Origin: a virus
Lineage: Duplodnaviria > Caudoviricetes
Reading direction: 5' to 3' (one strand)
Length of the DNA: 53,002 nucleotides
Virus record (IMG/VR): IMGVR_UViG_3300049732_000296
Coordinates: 1-53,002 of that record
Under the pieces are notes generated by a model. That model saw only the letters and a program-made list of their open reading frames with translations, made no database searches and had not been told where the DNA came from. Shown here piece by piece: positions 42,442-51,078 of this stretch. The position numbers and the translations under genes were made by a program. Within the stretch, counting starts at the first letter, position 1, and each line of letters opens with the position of its first letter.

Positions 42442-43622
42442 TACGCCCCTACCTCCACGCCTTCCGGCTGTTCGATTCGCGCGAGCTTGTCCCGCACGCG
42501 GTCTTTCTCGGCGTCGGAGAGCGAGATGCCCTTCGCGGTCCAGTAGGCCTGGACCTTCTCCCACGTCGCTTGCGCGCTCACGATCTCCGTGGACCGGACG
42601 CGCGCCTCGTGGACGAGCACGGCTTCGAGCTTGACCTCATGGGCGCCGTTCTCGACAAATATGAACCTGTGGTAGTCCTCGTCCACCAGGTGGAGGTCCC
42701 CGGGACGAATGCGGTAGCGGAACCGTACAAGGGCGCCGGCGACGTCCTCGCTCTTGAGGGAGTCCGCGGACGTGACGGAGATGGACCAGTCCCGCTCCAG
42801 TAGCACGATCCTCCTCGCCGGCAACTCCACGAACTCGACGGAGGCGAGCTTCCCATCCTGGAGAGTGACGAGGTTCCACCCCTTGGCCTCGGGCTCACCG
42901 AAGTTGTTCCGCTGCGTGCTCCCCGAGTACGCGACCCTCCCCCCGAGCCACGACTGCGGCTTGTGGATGTGCCCGAGCGCGACGTATTCGCACCCGACGT
43001 CCGCGAGATCCGAAGGCGACAGCTCCACGGTCGTCCCGATCAGCGTCTGCCCGGTCGAGACCTCCGAGCCCGCCACGAGGACATGGGCCGCCAGGAGCGG
43101 TATGCCGCCCTCGGCACGCACGCGGTGCGCCTCCGCGCGTAGCGCCGTCAGCATGGTCCTGGCGGCCTGGATGGTGAGCTCCGTGGTCTGTGTGGTCGGT
43201 GTGGAAGCATCGAGGGAGGCGCAGAGGTGGGCTTTGGTGAACCAGGGGAGGGCGAGGACCGCGATGGGCGCGGGCCCGATCAGGACGGCGCCCTGTGGCT
43301 CCACCGTCGGTCGATCGAGAATCGTGACCGGGTGCGCCGTGTCGAGCATCGAGAAAACTTCGAGGTCCCCCGGTGCGTCGTGGTTGCCGCGCACGCCGAA
43401 CACCGGCGCGATCTCCGAGGCCGCGAGCAGGAAGTCCGCGAGCACGTTGCGCTCCGCGGGCGTCGAGCGCCGCTCGAAGAAATCGCCGGCATGGATGATG
43501 AGATCTGCCCCGCGCTCGCGAGCGCCAGCGAGGAACGCATTCAGGCATCCGACGTTGTCCGCGAGGCGGTTGCGCTCGTCGAGATGTGAGTCCGCCAGGT
43601 GGGCGATCCGTATGGTGGTCAT
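42441..43622 (-). CDS. SbcD/Mre11-like metallophosphoesterase nuclease
   Basis: ADSH, AGD, GNHD, LGHIH, YSGS. Confidence 0.92.
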   Translation of the reverse strand: MTTIRIAHLADSHLDERNRLADNVGCLNAFLAGARERGADLIIHAGDFFERRSTPAERNVLADFLLAASEIAPVFGVRGNHDAPGDLEVFSMLDTAHPVTILDRPTVEPQGAVLIGPAPIAVLALPWFTKAHLCASLDASTPTTQTTELTIQAARTMLTALRAEAHRVRAEGGIPLLAAHVLVAGSEVSTGQTLIGTTVELSPSDLADVGCEYVALGHIHKPQSWLGGRVAYSGSTQRNNFGEPEAKGWNLVTLQDGKLASVEFVELPARRIVLLERDWSISVTSADSLKSEDVAGALVRFRYRIRPGDLHLVDEDYHRFIFVENGAHEVKLEAVLVHEARVRSTEIVSAQATWEKVQAYWTAKGISLSDAEKDRVRDKLARIEQPEGVEVGA

Positions 43623-44122
43623 GTGATCGCCGGTACGCCGCGGGGCGCGCGCTTCACGGGCGCGGGAGCCTCGCGTTCGACGAGCGACCACTCGTTGTCG
43701 TTCTGCTCGATGATCTTCTTGATCTTCAGTGCGTAGAGCGCGTTCGCCACGTCTTTTCGCCCGGCGTCGATGCCTTCGGTCCGGAGGTGGGCTCTGATGT
43801 CCTTCGTCGTCAGGGAGACTTCCTCCTTGATGATCCTGACGATGGCGGACCGCAGACCGGTAGCGTCGGTCGACTTCCCGGGGCCCGCTGTCTCGGCCTT
43901 GGGCGGTAGGCTTGCCGTCGGGACCGGGGCCTCTCTCTCGGGCTTCCGAGGGGCCTTCGGAGTCTCCGGCAACGGCGGCATCGAAGCCCACATCTTGGTC
44001 GCTTCCGGAGACAGCCCTTCGAGGACCACCGCAAGCGCCTCGATCTTTCCGTCGAGCCGCGCGCGCTCGATCTTGAGCGCGTAGATGGTCTCCCGGAGCT
44101 GCTCTCTCTGGTCGGTGGTCAT
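43619..44122 (-). CDS. hypothetical protein with C-terminal winged-helix-like domain
   Basis: LRSAIVRII...TKDIRAHL...VANALYAL...W. Confidence 0.55.
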   Translation of the reverse strand: MTTDQREQLRETIYALKIERARLDGKIEALAVVLEGLSPEATKMWASMPPLPETPKAPRKPEREAPVPTASLPPKAETAGPGKSTDATGLRSAIVRIIKEEVSLTTKDIRAHLRTEGIDAGRKDVANALYALKIKKIIEQNDNEWSLVEREAPAPVKRAPRGVPAIT

Positions 44123-44147
44123 TCGCTTCCCCCCTGGATCGAGGCGC

Positions 44148-45188
44148 CTACGCCGCGCCCCTCCACTTCTTGAGCGTCTCGACGGTCATCTCCGGCCGGC
44201 TCGGGATCTTGAGGTTGAGCGCCAGGTCCGCGTGGCGCTTGAAATCGAACCGTTTGCCCGGGTAGCAGTCCTTGCAGCGCACGGTGCCGATGGCCTTCTC
44301 GCACGCGCTCAGGGCCTCGGCCGTCTCGACGCGTGCGGTGCAGCCGCACGGGCAGGTGCAGGGCTTGCCTTGATGGGTCGGCTCCTCGGGCGGCATCTCG
44401 AAGTCGTCATCGTCGAGCAGCTCGCCGTCAACGACCTCTCCGCTCCGCCGATCGACCACGACCGTCTCGGGCTGCGCAGCCGGGAGCGCCTGTCGCTCTC
44501 GTTGGCCGTACAGCTCGCCCACGACCCCGAGCGCGTGCGCCGCGACGAGTCGCCGGATCTGCACGTCGCTCGTGTCGAGCATCGGGAGCAAGACCGGGAT
44601 GATGAACGGGCGTTCGAGCTGCTGCAGCGTGTACTTCTGCTTGAGATTCATCGCCTGGCGTACCGCACGGTTGTGCGCCTTCCCCTCGGCGAAGGTCCCA
44701 ATCATCTGCCGGTTGTGCGCGAGCTGCTTGTCCGTCATCCGCTCGACCTGCGGCGAGCCGGGGCGCAGGTCGACCTCCTTCTGCTTGATCGTCTGGACCT
44801 CGCGGCCGTCGATGCTCTTGAGCGCGACCGCGACCTCGTACGTCCGGACGTGCTCGTCGTTGTCGTCGACGCGCTTGCTGTAGACGTCACGCCCGGCCGC
44901 GGTGCGCCACAGCTTCAGGAGCCCCTGTCGACTCGGGGCGCGCTCGTTCTCCTGGCAGAACTGCTGGCCACGGTAGACGTCGCCCTCGTCGAGGAAGACG
45001 TAGCGGAAAGACACCGCGTGCATCTGCGGGATGGTGTCGACCGCGCTGACCGGCGACAGCAAGTTGCCGAGCTGGTCGGCCAATGCGAGCGCTCGATTCA
45101 GCTCCGCGATGTCGGTGATGGGATGGTTCGGGAGCGCGTCGAAGATCTCCTTGAGGATCTCCGGGCGGTTCGTGGTTGCTGTGGTCAT
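44148..45188 (-). CDS. putative recombination protein (possible single-strand annealing protein)
   Basis: AAGGAG RBS; AEGKAHNRAVRQA helix; located upstream of SbcCD-like pair. Confidence 0.45.
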   Translation of the reverse strand: MTTATTNRPEILKEIFDALPNHPITDIAELNRALALADQLGNLLSPVSAVDTIPQMHAVSFRYVFLDEGDVYRGQQFCQENERAPSRQGLLKLWRTAAGRDVYSKRVDDNDEHVRTYEVAVALKSIDGREVQTIKQKEVDLRPGSPQVERMTDKQLAHNRQMIGTFAEGKAHNRAVRQAMNLKQKYTLQQLERPFIIPVLLPMLDTSDVQIRRLVAAHALGVVGELYGQRERQALPAAQPETVVVDRRSGEVVDGELLDDDDFEMPPEEPTHQGKPCTCPCGCTARVETAEALSACEKAIGTVRCKDCYPGKRFDFKRHADLALNLKIPSRPEMTVETLKKWRGAA

Positions 45189-45202
45189 GGTTTGCTCCTT
45201 TG

Positions 45203-46192
45203 TTAGGGCGCTACAGTCGCCCACGAGAGAACGATCACGGCCAGGGCGCCGCACGCGACGCCGAAGATGAACCACGCGATGCGGGTGTCGCGCACGAACG
45301 GCTTGCGGTTGATGGCGTCGATCGTTGGGTCGTTCCACCAGTCGGGGCGGTGGCGGTAGGTGGTCATGACGCCCTCCGTCTGTACGCCGGATCGAGCCGC
45401 AGGCGCATCGCGTGGACGTTCTTGCTGCGCGCCTCGGGCACCGCTCCGAGCGTGTCGAGCAGTCGCGAGAACTCGCGCGGCCATCCGTGCTTGCTTTTTC
45501 GCCTGCTCGCTCGCCGTGCCGCTTCTGGCTTGCTCGGCAGAATGGTGCTGCCCAACCGAATGATGGCGGCCTTGTAGCTGCACGGCCCGAGCCACTTCCT
45601 GGTCATGCCCTCCTCCGTTCCGGTTCTGTCCGCACGTCCAGGGCGCGGCGCTCCATCTCGGCGGGGTCGACAGCGCGGCCGTCAGCGTCCCGGTAGGTGT
45701 TGCAGCTCCCGCAGTACCAGAGGGCGCGGCGGCGACCGACGAGGCAGTACTCGGACAGCGGCGGGTCCATCGTCAGGCCGCAGCAGAGGAGATCGCTTGC
45801 GCTCGCTACTCGCACGGCCCGCACTCCAGGCATTCATCGAGCCACGTTCCGCCGCCGGCCTCGCGACACGCCGTGTCCGCGCAGCCGATGAACCGACAGC
45901 CGCAGCCGCGAGCGCGCCCATGGGTCTCGTCGAGATCTCCGCCGCACTCGGAGCACGGAGGGAGGGACCAGTGGGGAAGCCGAGACGGCAAAGAAGGCGG
46001 GGCCGGCGCCTCCTCGTGAATACCGGCCCCGCCGCGACTCAGAACGGCGCCCCGTCGTCCAGGATCACACCCAGGACGATGAGCACCAGCAGGCCGAGCG
46101 GGATCATCGCTCGCCCCTCCATGCCCGACGTAGCGCGGCACGTCATTGCACCGGCACTCGCCGAGCAGTTGCTGACAGGGAAGGTGGATCAC
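45203..46192 (-). CDS. cluster of about four small early ORFs (e.g. 45203..45367 TM peptide, 45364..45606)
   Basis: Overlapping start/stop codons on the minus strand; individual boundaries uncertain. Confidence 0.4.
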
Positions 46193-46431
46193 GCCCGCCT
46201 CCTGACCCGCGTTCGCGCCAGGAAGTCGAGCACCGACTGCTCGGACACGCGGATCGACAATCGCCTGGCGCCCTTGCTGCGGCTCGGGATGCGGAAGGCT
46301 TCGATCTGACCGGTCGCGACCAGCTCGTAGAGCTTGCTCCGGCCGATGCCCGTGATCTCGTCCACCTGGGGGACGGTGAGCAATCGCGGGATGCGCGAAC
46401 CGGAGGGAAGCGGCTTCGGCGTGGTCGTCAT
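46189..46431 (-). CDS. excisionase-like HTH protein
   Basis: LLTVPQVDEITGIGRSKLYELVATGQIEAFRI...IRVSEQSV. Confidence 0.85.
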   Translation of the reverse strand: MTTTPKPLPSGSRIPRLLTVPQVDEITGIGRSKLYELVATGQIEAFRIPSRSKGARRLSIRVSEQSVLDFLARTRVRRRA

Positions 46432-46805
46432 CACCTGCCCCACCGGCCGGGTGAGATCTCGTTGATCACCAGCAACGCCCGTCCCGCCGCGTGCCGGCGC
46501 ATCGCCTGCGTCGAGATCTCGGCCATGAGATGCCCGGCCACGCGGGCGAGAAACTCGGGGTCAGGGTCGAACGTCGCGAGGACCAGCAGGGCCGCGACCG
46601 GGACGTGTTCCGGGTGCGCGGCCCATGCGTAGATCGTGGAGCGGGAACGGTCGACTGCCCCGCCGACCGTCTCGGCCTTGTGGAGCCGGAGGACGCGCTC
46701 CAGTGAAGCGCCGATCTCGTGGACGAGCGAAGGCGAAAGTCCGTCCGGCGGCTGTCCAGCGGGGTCCGCGGCCGACGGGATTCCTTTCGCCTTGCCGGTG
46801 GACAT
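46431..46805 (-). CDS. putative regulator in CII-like position
   Basis: Follows cro-like gene; VGGAVDRSRSTIYAWA HTH-like. Confidence 0.5.
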   Translation of the reverse strand: MSTGKAKGIPSAADPAGQPPDGLSPSLVHEIGASLERVLRLHKAETVGGAVDRSRSTIYAWAAHPEHVPVAALLVLATFDPDPEFLARVAGHLMAEISTQAMRRHAAGRALLVINEISPGRWGR

Positions 46806-46807
46806 GG

Positions 46808-47026
46808 TTAGGCCGCACCTTCGAAGAAGAAGCGGATCGGCTTCCCCAGGGTGGTCGCGAGGATGGCGAGCTTTCCGGCATCGGGCTCGGTCGAACCGGA
46901 TTCCCAGTTGGCGATCGTGCGGACCGAGACGCCGGCGGCGAGGGCGACCTCTTCGATGGCGCGATCGCCGCGAGCCTCACGGAGCCGCGAGCCGCTGAAT
47001 TGGAGAGGTGCAGAGTTCTTTGACAT
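46808..47026 (-). CDS. Cro-like XRE HTH regulator
   Basis: LREAR...EEVALAAGVSVRTIANWESG.TEP. Confidence 0.88.
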   Translation of the reverse strand: MSKNSAPLQFSGSRLREARGDRAIEEVALAAGVSVRTIANWESGSTEPDAGKLAILATTLGKPIRFFFEGAA

Positions 47027-47035
47027 CGTGGCTAT

Positions 47036-47098
47036 ACGATACGCTTTGTCGGACAATTGCGTCAAGGTATTTCTGCAACAATCTGCGTTGTCTGACAA
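47036..47098. promoter_or_regulatory. lysis/lysogeny switch: operators TTGTCNGACAA (47046-47056, 47088-47098) and leftward promoter TTGACG-N18-TATCGT
   Basis: Two palindromes between divergent regulators; one lies within the promoter spacer. Confidence 0.7.
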
Positions 47099-47124
47099 CT
47101 AGCGTCCGTGCAAAGGTTTACGGC

Positions 47125-47508
47125 ATGGCGCGCGAGGACCGAATCTCGTTCGAGGTCACTCGCGATCTCCGTAAGTGGCTCGAAGATGCCGCGGCCGTTC
47201 TACCAGAGCAACCCGGGAAGCCTGGTCGGAAGGGGAAGCTCTCCGAGTACCTCCGGATCGTGCTGGAGGCCCACAAGGCTGGCGCGAAGCCGGTGATTCC
47301 GCAGCCGGACCCGGATGTCAGGGAAGCTGGGGACTGGTTCGTCGGTCTCCCGGTCCCGGCTCAGCGCGCCCTTCTGAGCGCGGCGCTCGCCTGGGAGCGC
47401 CCCGAGTGGGTCGAGGCGCTACGGAAGCGGCTTCTCTCCGGTCGATCGCGTCGAACAGCGAGGCGTACAGGGCGAGGCGGTCGTTCTCCCTCGAAGGGAA
47501 GCGGATGA
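47125..47508 (+). CDS. putative repressor with ribbon-helix-helix-like N-terminus
   Basis: Divergent from cro-like gene; RISFEVTRDLRKWLEDAA...LSEYLRIVLE. Confidence 0.55.
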   Translation: MAREDRISFEVTRDLRKWLEDAAAVLPEQPGKPGRKGKLSEYLRIVLEAHKAGAKPVIPQPDPDVREAGDWFVGLPVPAQRALLSAALAWERPEWVEALRKRLLSGRSRRTARRTGRGGRSPSKGSG

Positions 47509-47518
47509 TGTCCCCCAT
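47318..47518 (-). CDS. small antisense ORF (66 aa, MGDIIRFPS...)
   Basis: AGGA RBS; N-terminus like 89..259. Confidence 0.45.
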   Translation of the reverse strand: MGDIIRFPSRENDRLALYASLFDAIDRREAASVAPRPTRGAPRRAPRSEGRAEPGPGDRRTSPQLP

Positions 47519-47537
47519 CTACAATCCTGACGGGATC

Positions 47538-47589
47538 GGCTCGTGGCGTTGCCGCGGTCCGCACCGGCCCGAATCGATGCGATGTAGCC
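47538..47589 (-). ncRNA. candidate structured RNA leader, copy B
   Basis: Minus strand CGCATCG-ATTCGGGC-CGGTGCG hairpin (same loop, different stem than copy A), second hairpin, GGCT/AGCC closure. Confidence 0.5.
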
Positions 47590-47607
47590 TGTCTCGACGT
47601 TGGGCTC

Positions 47608-47636
47608 CTTATACCCCGGCGGAGCTGAGAATGCAA
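47608..47636 (-). promoter_or_regulatory. sigma70-like antisense promoter TTGCAT-N17-TATAAG
   Basis: Conserved with 348..376. Confidence 0.6.
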
Positions 47637-48049
47637 TGCCCAACAGAGAGCTGACAATCCCGCCCTCTGGGGCCCGTCCGATCTTCTGGTGGCTCTTGGT
47701 TCTGTTGCCCGCCTCGCTCGTCGCCTTGGCGATGTGTGCCGGGGGCAACGATGAATCGACGCAACGTCCCGAAGGCCCAACCGCCGAACAGATCGCGCTT
47801 TACGACTCGGTCGTCAAGGAGTTCCAGGCCTCTGGGCTCGTCAGGAAGCTCCAGCCCAATCTGAACACCGCCCACGTCGACCCTGTTATCTGGGCCGCTC
47901 TCAACGTAGACCAGAAGGAAAAGCTGGCCTTCGCGCTCGCTCAATACTGTGGGATCAAGAAGCACGGTCCGCCGTGGGTCGACATCTACAGCTATCAAAG
48001 CGGGAAAAAGCTCGCCGGGTATGGCCCCATGGGGCTCAAGGTCGAATGA
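47636..48049 (+). CDS. single-TM membrane protein (candidate superinfection exclusion)
   Basis: N-terminal TM; located between repressor and integrase; intact homolog of 376..790. Confidence 0.65.
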   Translation: MPNRELTIPPSGARPIFWWLLVLLPASLVALAMCAGGNDESTQRPEGPTAEQIALYDSVVKEFQASGLVRKLQPNLNTAHVDPVIWAALNVDQKEKLAFALAQYCGIKKHGPPWVDIYSYQSGKKLAGYGPMGLKVE

Positions 48050-48222
48050 CAGACATCACCTCCTGCCCCCATTGTTCGGCATCGATGCGCGCGAGCTCGA
48101 GCGTCTGTCCGAGGTGCCACCTCCCGCGGAGGATCACCGCGAGCATCGACTTCGGATTGCGCCGAGCGTCAGCCGCGGAGGATGACGCCATGCCCAGCAC
48201 GACCCGTCCCGAGAGCGAATGA
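48046..48222 (+). CDS. small zinc-ribbon protein
   Basis: MTDITSCPHC...CPRC; homolog of 787..981. Confidence 0.7.
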   Translation: MTDITSCPHCSASMRASSSVCPRCHLPRRITASIDFGLRRASAAEDDAMPSTTRPESE

Positions 48223-48578
48223 TGGAGCTTCGGGCGTTCATCTCCGAGGTCCTGCGGGCTGTCGTCGACGGCGTTGCCGACGCGCAGCAGGCAACGGACC
48301 CATCGAAGGCCTTGATCAGCCCGGAGCGGGCACGGGAGTTCAGCGTCCCCCGAGAGTTCGCAGGCGTGGGCGGCGACGTCCAGGCGATCGAGCTCGATCT
48401 CGCCATCACCGCGACGAAGCCTGGAGGTGGGAAAGGCACGGCCCACCCGATAGTCTGGGCAGCGACATCGGCGGAGATCGGCAGGGCCGCGAGCTCGGGT
48501 GCACTCTCCAGGCTCCGGTTCAGAGTCCCGGTTGCGCTCCCCGTGCAGCGGACACCGCGTCAGGGAGCGAGATCATGA
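48219..48578 (+). CDS. Trypco2-like domain protein
   Basis: Homolog of 978..1325. Confidence 0.6.
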   Translation: MMELRAFISEVLRAVVDGVADAQQATDPSKALISPERAREFSVPREFAGVGGDVQAIELDLAITATKPGGGKGTAHPIVWAATSAEIGRAASSGALSRLRFRVPVALPVQRTPRQGARS

Positions 48579-48895
48579 ACGTACGTGAGTTCGTCAGCCA
48601 GGTCCTGCAGGACATCGTTCGCGGCCTGATGGATGCCCAGGAGCGGACGAACGACACGCGGGCCTTCATCGTCCCATCCGGTCACGGCTCCGACTTCACA
48701 ACCAGATCCGTGGAGTTCGACATTGCTCTTACCACAACCGAATCGAAGGGCTCAGAGGCCGAGGCCAAGGTGGCCGTGTGGTCGATCGGCGCGGGTGCCG
48801 GCGGTCGTTCGGAGAGTAGCGATACGAGCGTGAGCCGGGTGAAGTTCGTTGTCCCCGTCTCGCTGCCCTGGCACCAGAAGCCGAAGAAGGAATGA
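48575..48895 (+). CDS. second Trypco2-like domain protein
   Basis: MNVREFVSQVLQDIVRGLMDAQ...VEFDIALT...SRVKFVVPV. Confidence 0.65.
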   Translation: MNVREFVSQVLQDIVRGLMDAQERTNDTRAFIVPSGHGSDFTTRSVEFDIALTTTESKGSEAEAKVAVWSIGAGAGGRSESSDTSVSRVKFVVPVSLPWHQKPKKE

Positions 48896-50034
48896 AGCGC
48901 CACACCTCCGCCGTCAATGGAGTGTTCTCCTACCTCGTGAAGCGCAAGGGCTGGACGAAGCACCGCCGATACTGGGGCGTTCAGTACCGTGACCCGGTCA
49001 CCTGGAAGATGCGCATCCGGCGCGGGTTCAAGCTCCAGGCCGAGGCCCTCGACTTCCGAACCTCCACCGACCGCCAGCACGCCGGTCTCGATGAGGCGAC
49101 GTCGGACGGGTTGACCTTCGCCGACGCCCTGGACCGCTACCGGAAGCACTGGAAGGCCCTCGGACGCCGCGACAGCTCGTACGAGTACCTAGACCGCGTG
49201 TGGCTCCCGGCGTTCGGGAAGCGGCCGATTGCCGAGATCCGGAGCGAAGACGTCGAGGAGCTGCTCGAGGCGTGGCACACGGAGAAGGGCTGGTCGCCCC
49301 AGACCAGGAACACGGTCCTGAACCAACTCTCGGGCCTACTCTCGCACGCCTACGGCCGGCGCTGGATCCACCACCACCCGATCGAGCGCGGGCGCGTCCA
49401 CAAGGTCCCGGTGCACAACGCGCGACAGCGCTGGCTCCGGCCCGACGAGATCTCGAGCATCCGCGCTGGGGCTCCGCCCTGGCTCCAGGACATCATCACC
49501 TTGGCCGCGGCGACGGGGCTACGGCTCGAGGTCGTGTGCGCCGCGAAGAAGGCGGACCTCCAGGAAGACGCCGCGGGGAACCTCTACCTGTTCGTCCAGC
49601 GCGACAAGAACGGACAGCCGCTGTACAAGATGCTCGAGGGCCCGATCGCCGCCCTGGCGAGACGGCACTCCGAGGCGGCCCAGTTCCCTGGGAGCTCCCT
49701 GTTCCCGGGCCCGGGCGGAGGGAACGCGCGGACCTCGATCCGACGGTTCCTGCCGGTCGCCGTGCGGGCGGCCGGCCTCCGGTGGGGCCGGAAGCACGCG
49801 GACGGCGTGACGTTCCACACCCTACGTCACTCGATGGCCTCGATCGCGCTGAACGTCGCCAAGGTCCCCGAGCACATGGTGCGCCGCATGGGGGCCTGGC
49901 AGGACGCCCGCATGGTCGGGCGGTACGGGCACCTGGCGGACGAGGAGCTGCGCAAGGCCGAGCTCGCCGTGGCCAGGATCGTGGCCGGCCCGCCCGCAAA
50001 GGCCGCCAAGCGGCGCCCCCGCGCTCGCGCCTGA
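48892..50034 (+). CDS. int: tyrosine recombinase / phage integrase B
   Basis: TGLR, DKNG, HTLRH, GAW..ARMVGRY; adjacent tRNA fragment. Confidence 0.93.
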   Translation: MKRHTSAVNGVFSYLVKRKGWTKHRRYWGVQYRDPVTWKMRIRRGFKLQAEALDFRTSTDRQHAGLDEATSDGLTFADALDRYRKHWKALGRRDSSYEYLDRVWLPAFGKRPIAEIRSEDVEELLEAWHTEKGWSPQTRNTVLNQLSGLLSHAYGRRWIHHHPIERGRVHKVPVHNARQRWLRPDEISSIRAGAPPWLQDIITLAAATGLRLEVVCAAKKADLQEDAAGNLYLFVQRDKNGQPLYKMLEGPIAALARRHSEAAQFPGSSLFPGPGGGNARTSIRRFLPVAVRAAGLRWGRKHADGVTFHTLRHSMASIALNVAKVPEHMVRRMGAWQDARMVGRYGHLADEELRKAELAVARIVAGPPAKAAKRRPRARA

Positions 50035-50113
50035 GGACGTCCAATCCCTCTGCCCGCCCCGAGATCGTCGATCCTGGGCCAACGTCGCGAGCTGGCGCCG
50101 CTTTCCGGCGGCA

Positions 50114-50361
50114 TGGAACTCTTGTGGAACACTTATCCGTTTGGCTTCCTCGGGCCGATTTGGGCCGAGAGCCAAGCCTAGCGCTATCACCAAGTTACGT
50201 GGTGGAGCTGAGGGGGATCGAACCCCTGACCTCGTGACTGCCAGGCAGAGAAGAAGGGGCGGCGTGGCGACCGAAAGCGGCGGGGCGTGGCTTTTTGCTG
50301 TCCTCGGAGTCCACGGAGGGTGCCCCGTCCTGGCCGCGTGGAACCGATGTTGGAGCGGTTG
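50114..50361 (+). repeat. candidate arm-type repeats TGGAAC/TGGAGC (50114, 50125, 50339, 50351)
   Basis: Paired at 11-12 bp spacing on both sides of the tRNA-Ala core. Confidence 0.5.
50200..50244 (-). tRNA. 3' half of tRNA-Ala(GGC); att core, not an intact tRNA
   Basis: Minus strand CTGGCAGTCACGAGGTCAGGGGTTCGATCCCCCTCAGCTCCACCA; 5' half absent. Confidence 0.9.
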
Positions 50362-50367
50362 GGGGAG

Positions 50368-51078
50368 CTACCGCCGCCCGATCGTGAGTGCCGGGCCGCC
50401 CGCGACCGCCCACGGATCCCCGTCGTCGAGCCGATAGTCCACGTCCGCCCACCAGCCGAGCCGCCGCCGGCCGTACCAGGACGCTCCGGCCACGAGCCCC
50501 GGCGCGCTCGACAGGCCCAGCCGCAACTCCGCGCGCCACCGGGCGGTCTGCTCCTCGACCGTCCCGGCCGGGCGGCTCGATTCGGCCGTGGACTCCGTGA
50601 GGTCCAGCGGCCCGTCGTACAGCCGGACCCATGGGGCCTCGGGGCCCAGGCGGACGTCGCAGAAGATCCTGCCACGCCATCCCGCCCGGACCTTCCCGCC
50701 CTCGAGCCCCTCGACCTTCACCGCGTCCGTCCCGCCACGGGCCTCCAGCTTGGCGAGCGTCGGGTCGATGAACACGTACTCCTTGATCGCCTCGCGGGCC
50801 TCCGGGGGCACCGGACGAACCTCCCCCCGGAGCCGGGCGATCTCGACCACCCGGGCGGCGAGCTCGCCCTCCAGACGCTCGGCGCGCCCGGCCTCGACCT
50901 CCAGCTCTCGCGCCAGGGCGTCCACCGCCTCCTGGTCGACGACCTTGACCGTCACGACGTCGGGTGGCAGGGGCGGGAGCGGGGGCGGTGGGTCCGGCCC
51001 GGTGCACCGGCCGAGACCGAAGGCCGCGGGGATCGCGACGAGCGCCAGGGCGACGGCGATCAGCCGGAGGCGGGTCAT
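50368..51078 (-). CDS. putative spanin-like protein (homolog of 2939..3655)
   Basis: Clear end-to-end similarity. Confidence 0.6.
   Translation of the reverse strand: MTRLRLIAVALALVAIPAAFGLGRCTGPDPPPPLPPLPPDVVTVKVVDQEAVDALARELEVEAGRAERLEGELAARVVEIARLRGEVRPVPPEAREAIKEYVFIDPTLAKLEARGGTDAVKVEGLEGGKVRAGWRGRIFCDVRLGPEAPWVRLYDGPLDLTESTAESSRPAGTVEEQTARWRAELRLGLSSAPGLVAGASWYGRRRLGWWADVDYRLDDGDPWAVAGGPALTIGRR

Larger units (their letters stand above)
2471..50199. mobile_element. one genome-length temperate siphophage unit between two att cores
   Basis: Full set of lysis, tail, head, terminase, replication, immunity and integrase genes. Confidence 0.9.

Noticed and set aside
50200-50275. Intact tRNA-Ala gene
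   Set aside because: Sequence 5' of the anticodon loop is unrelated to a tRNA
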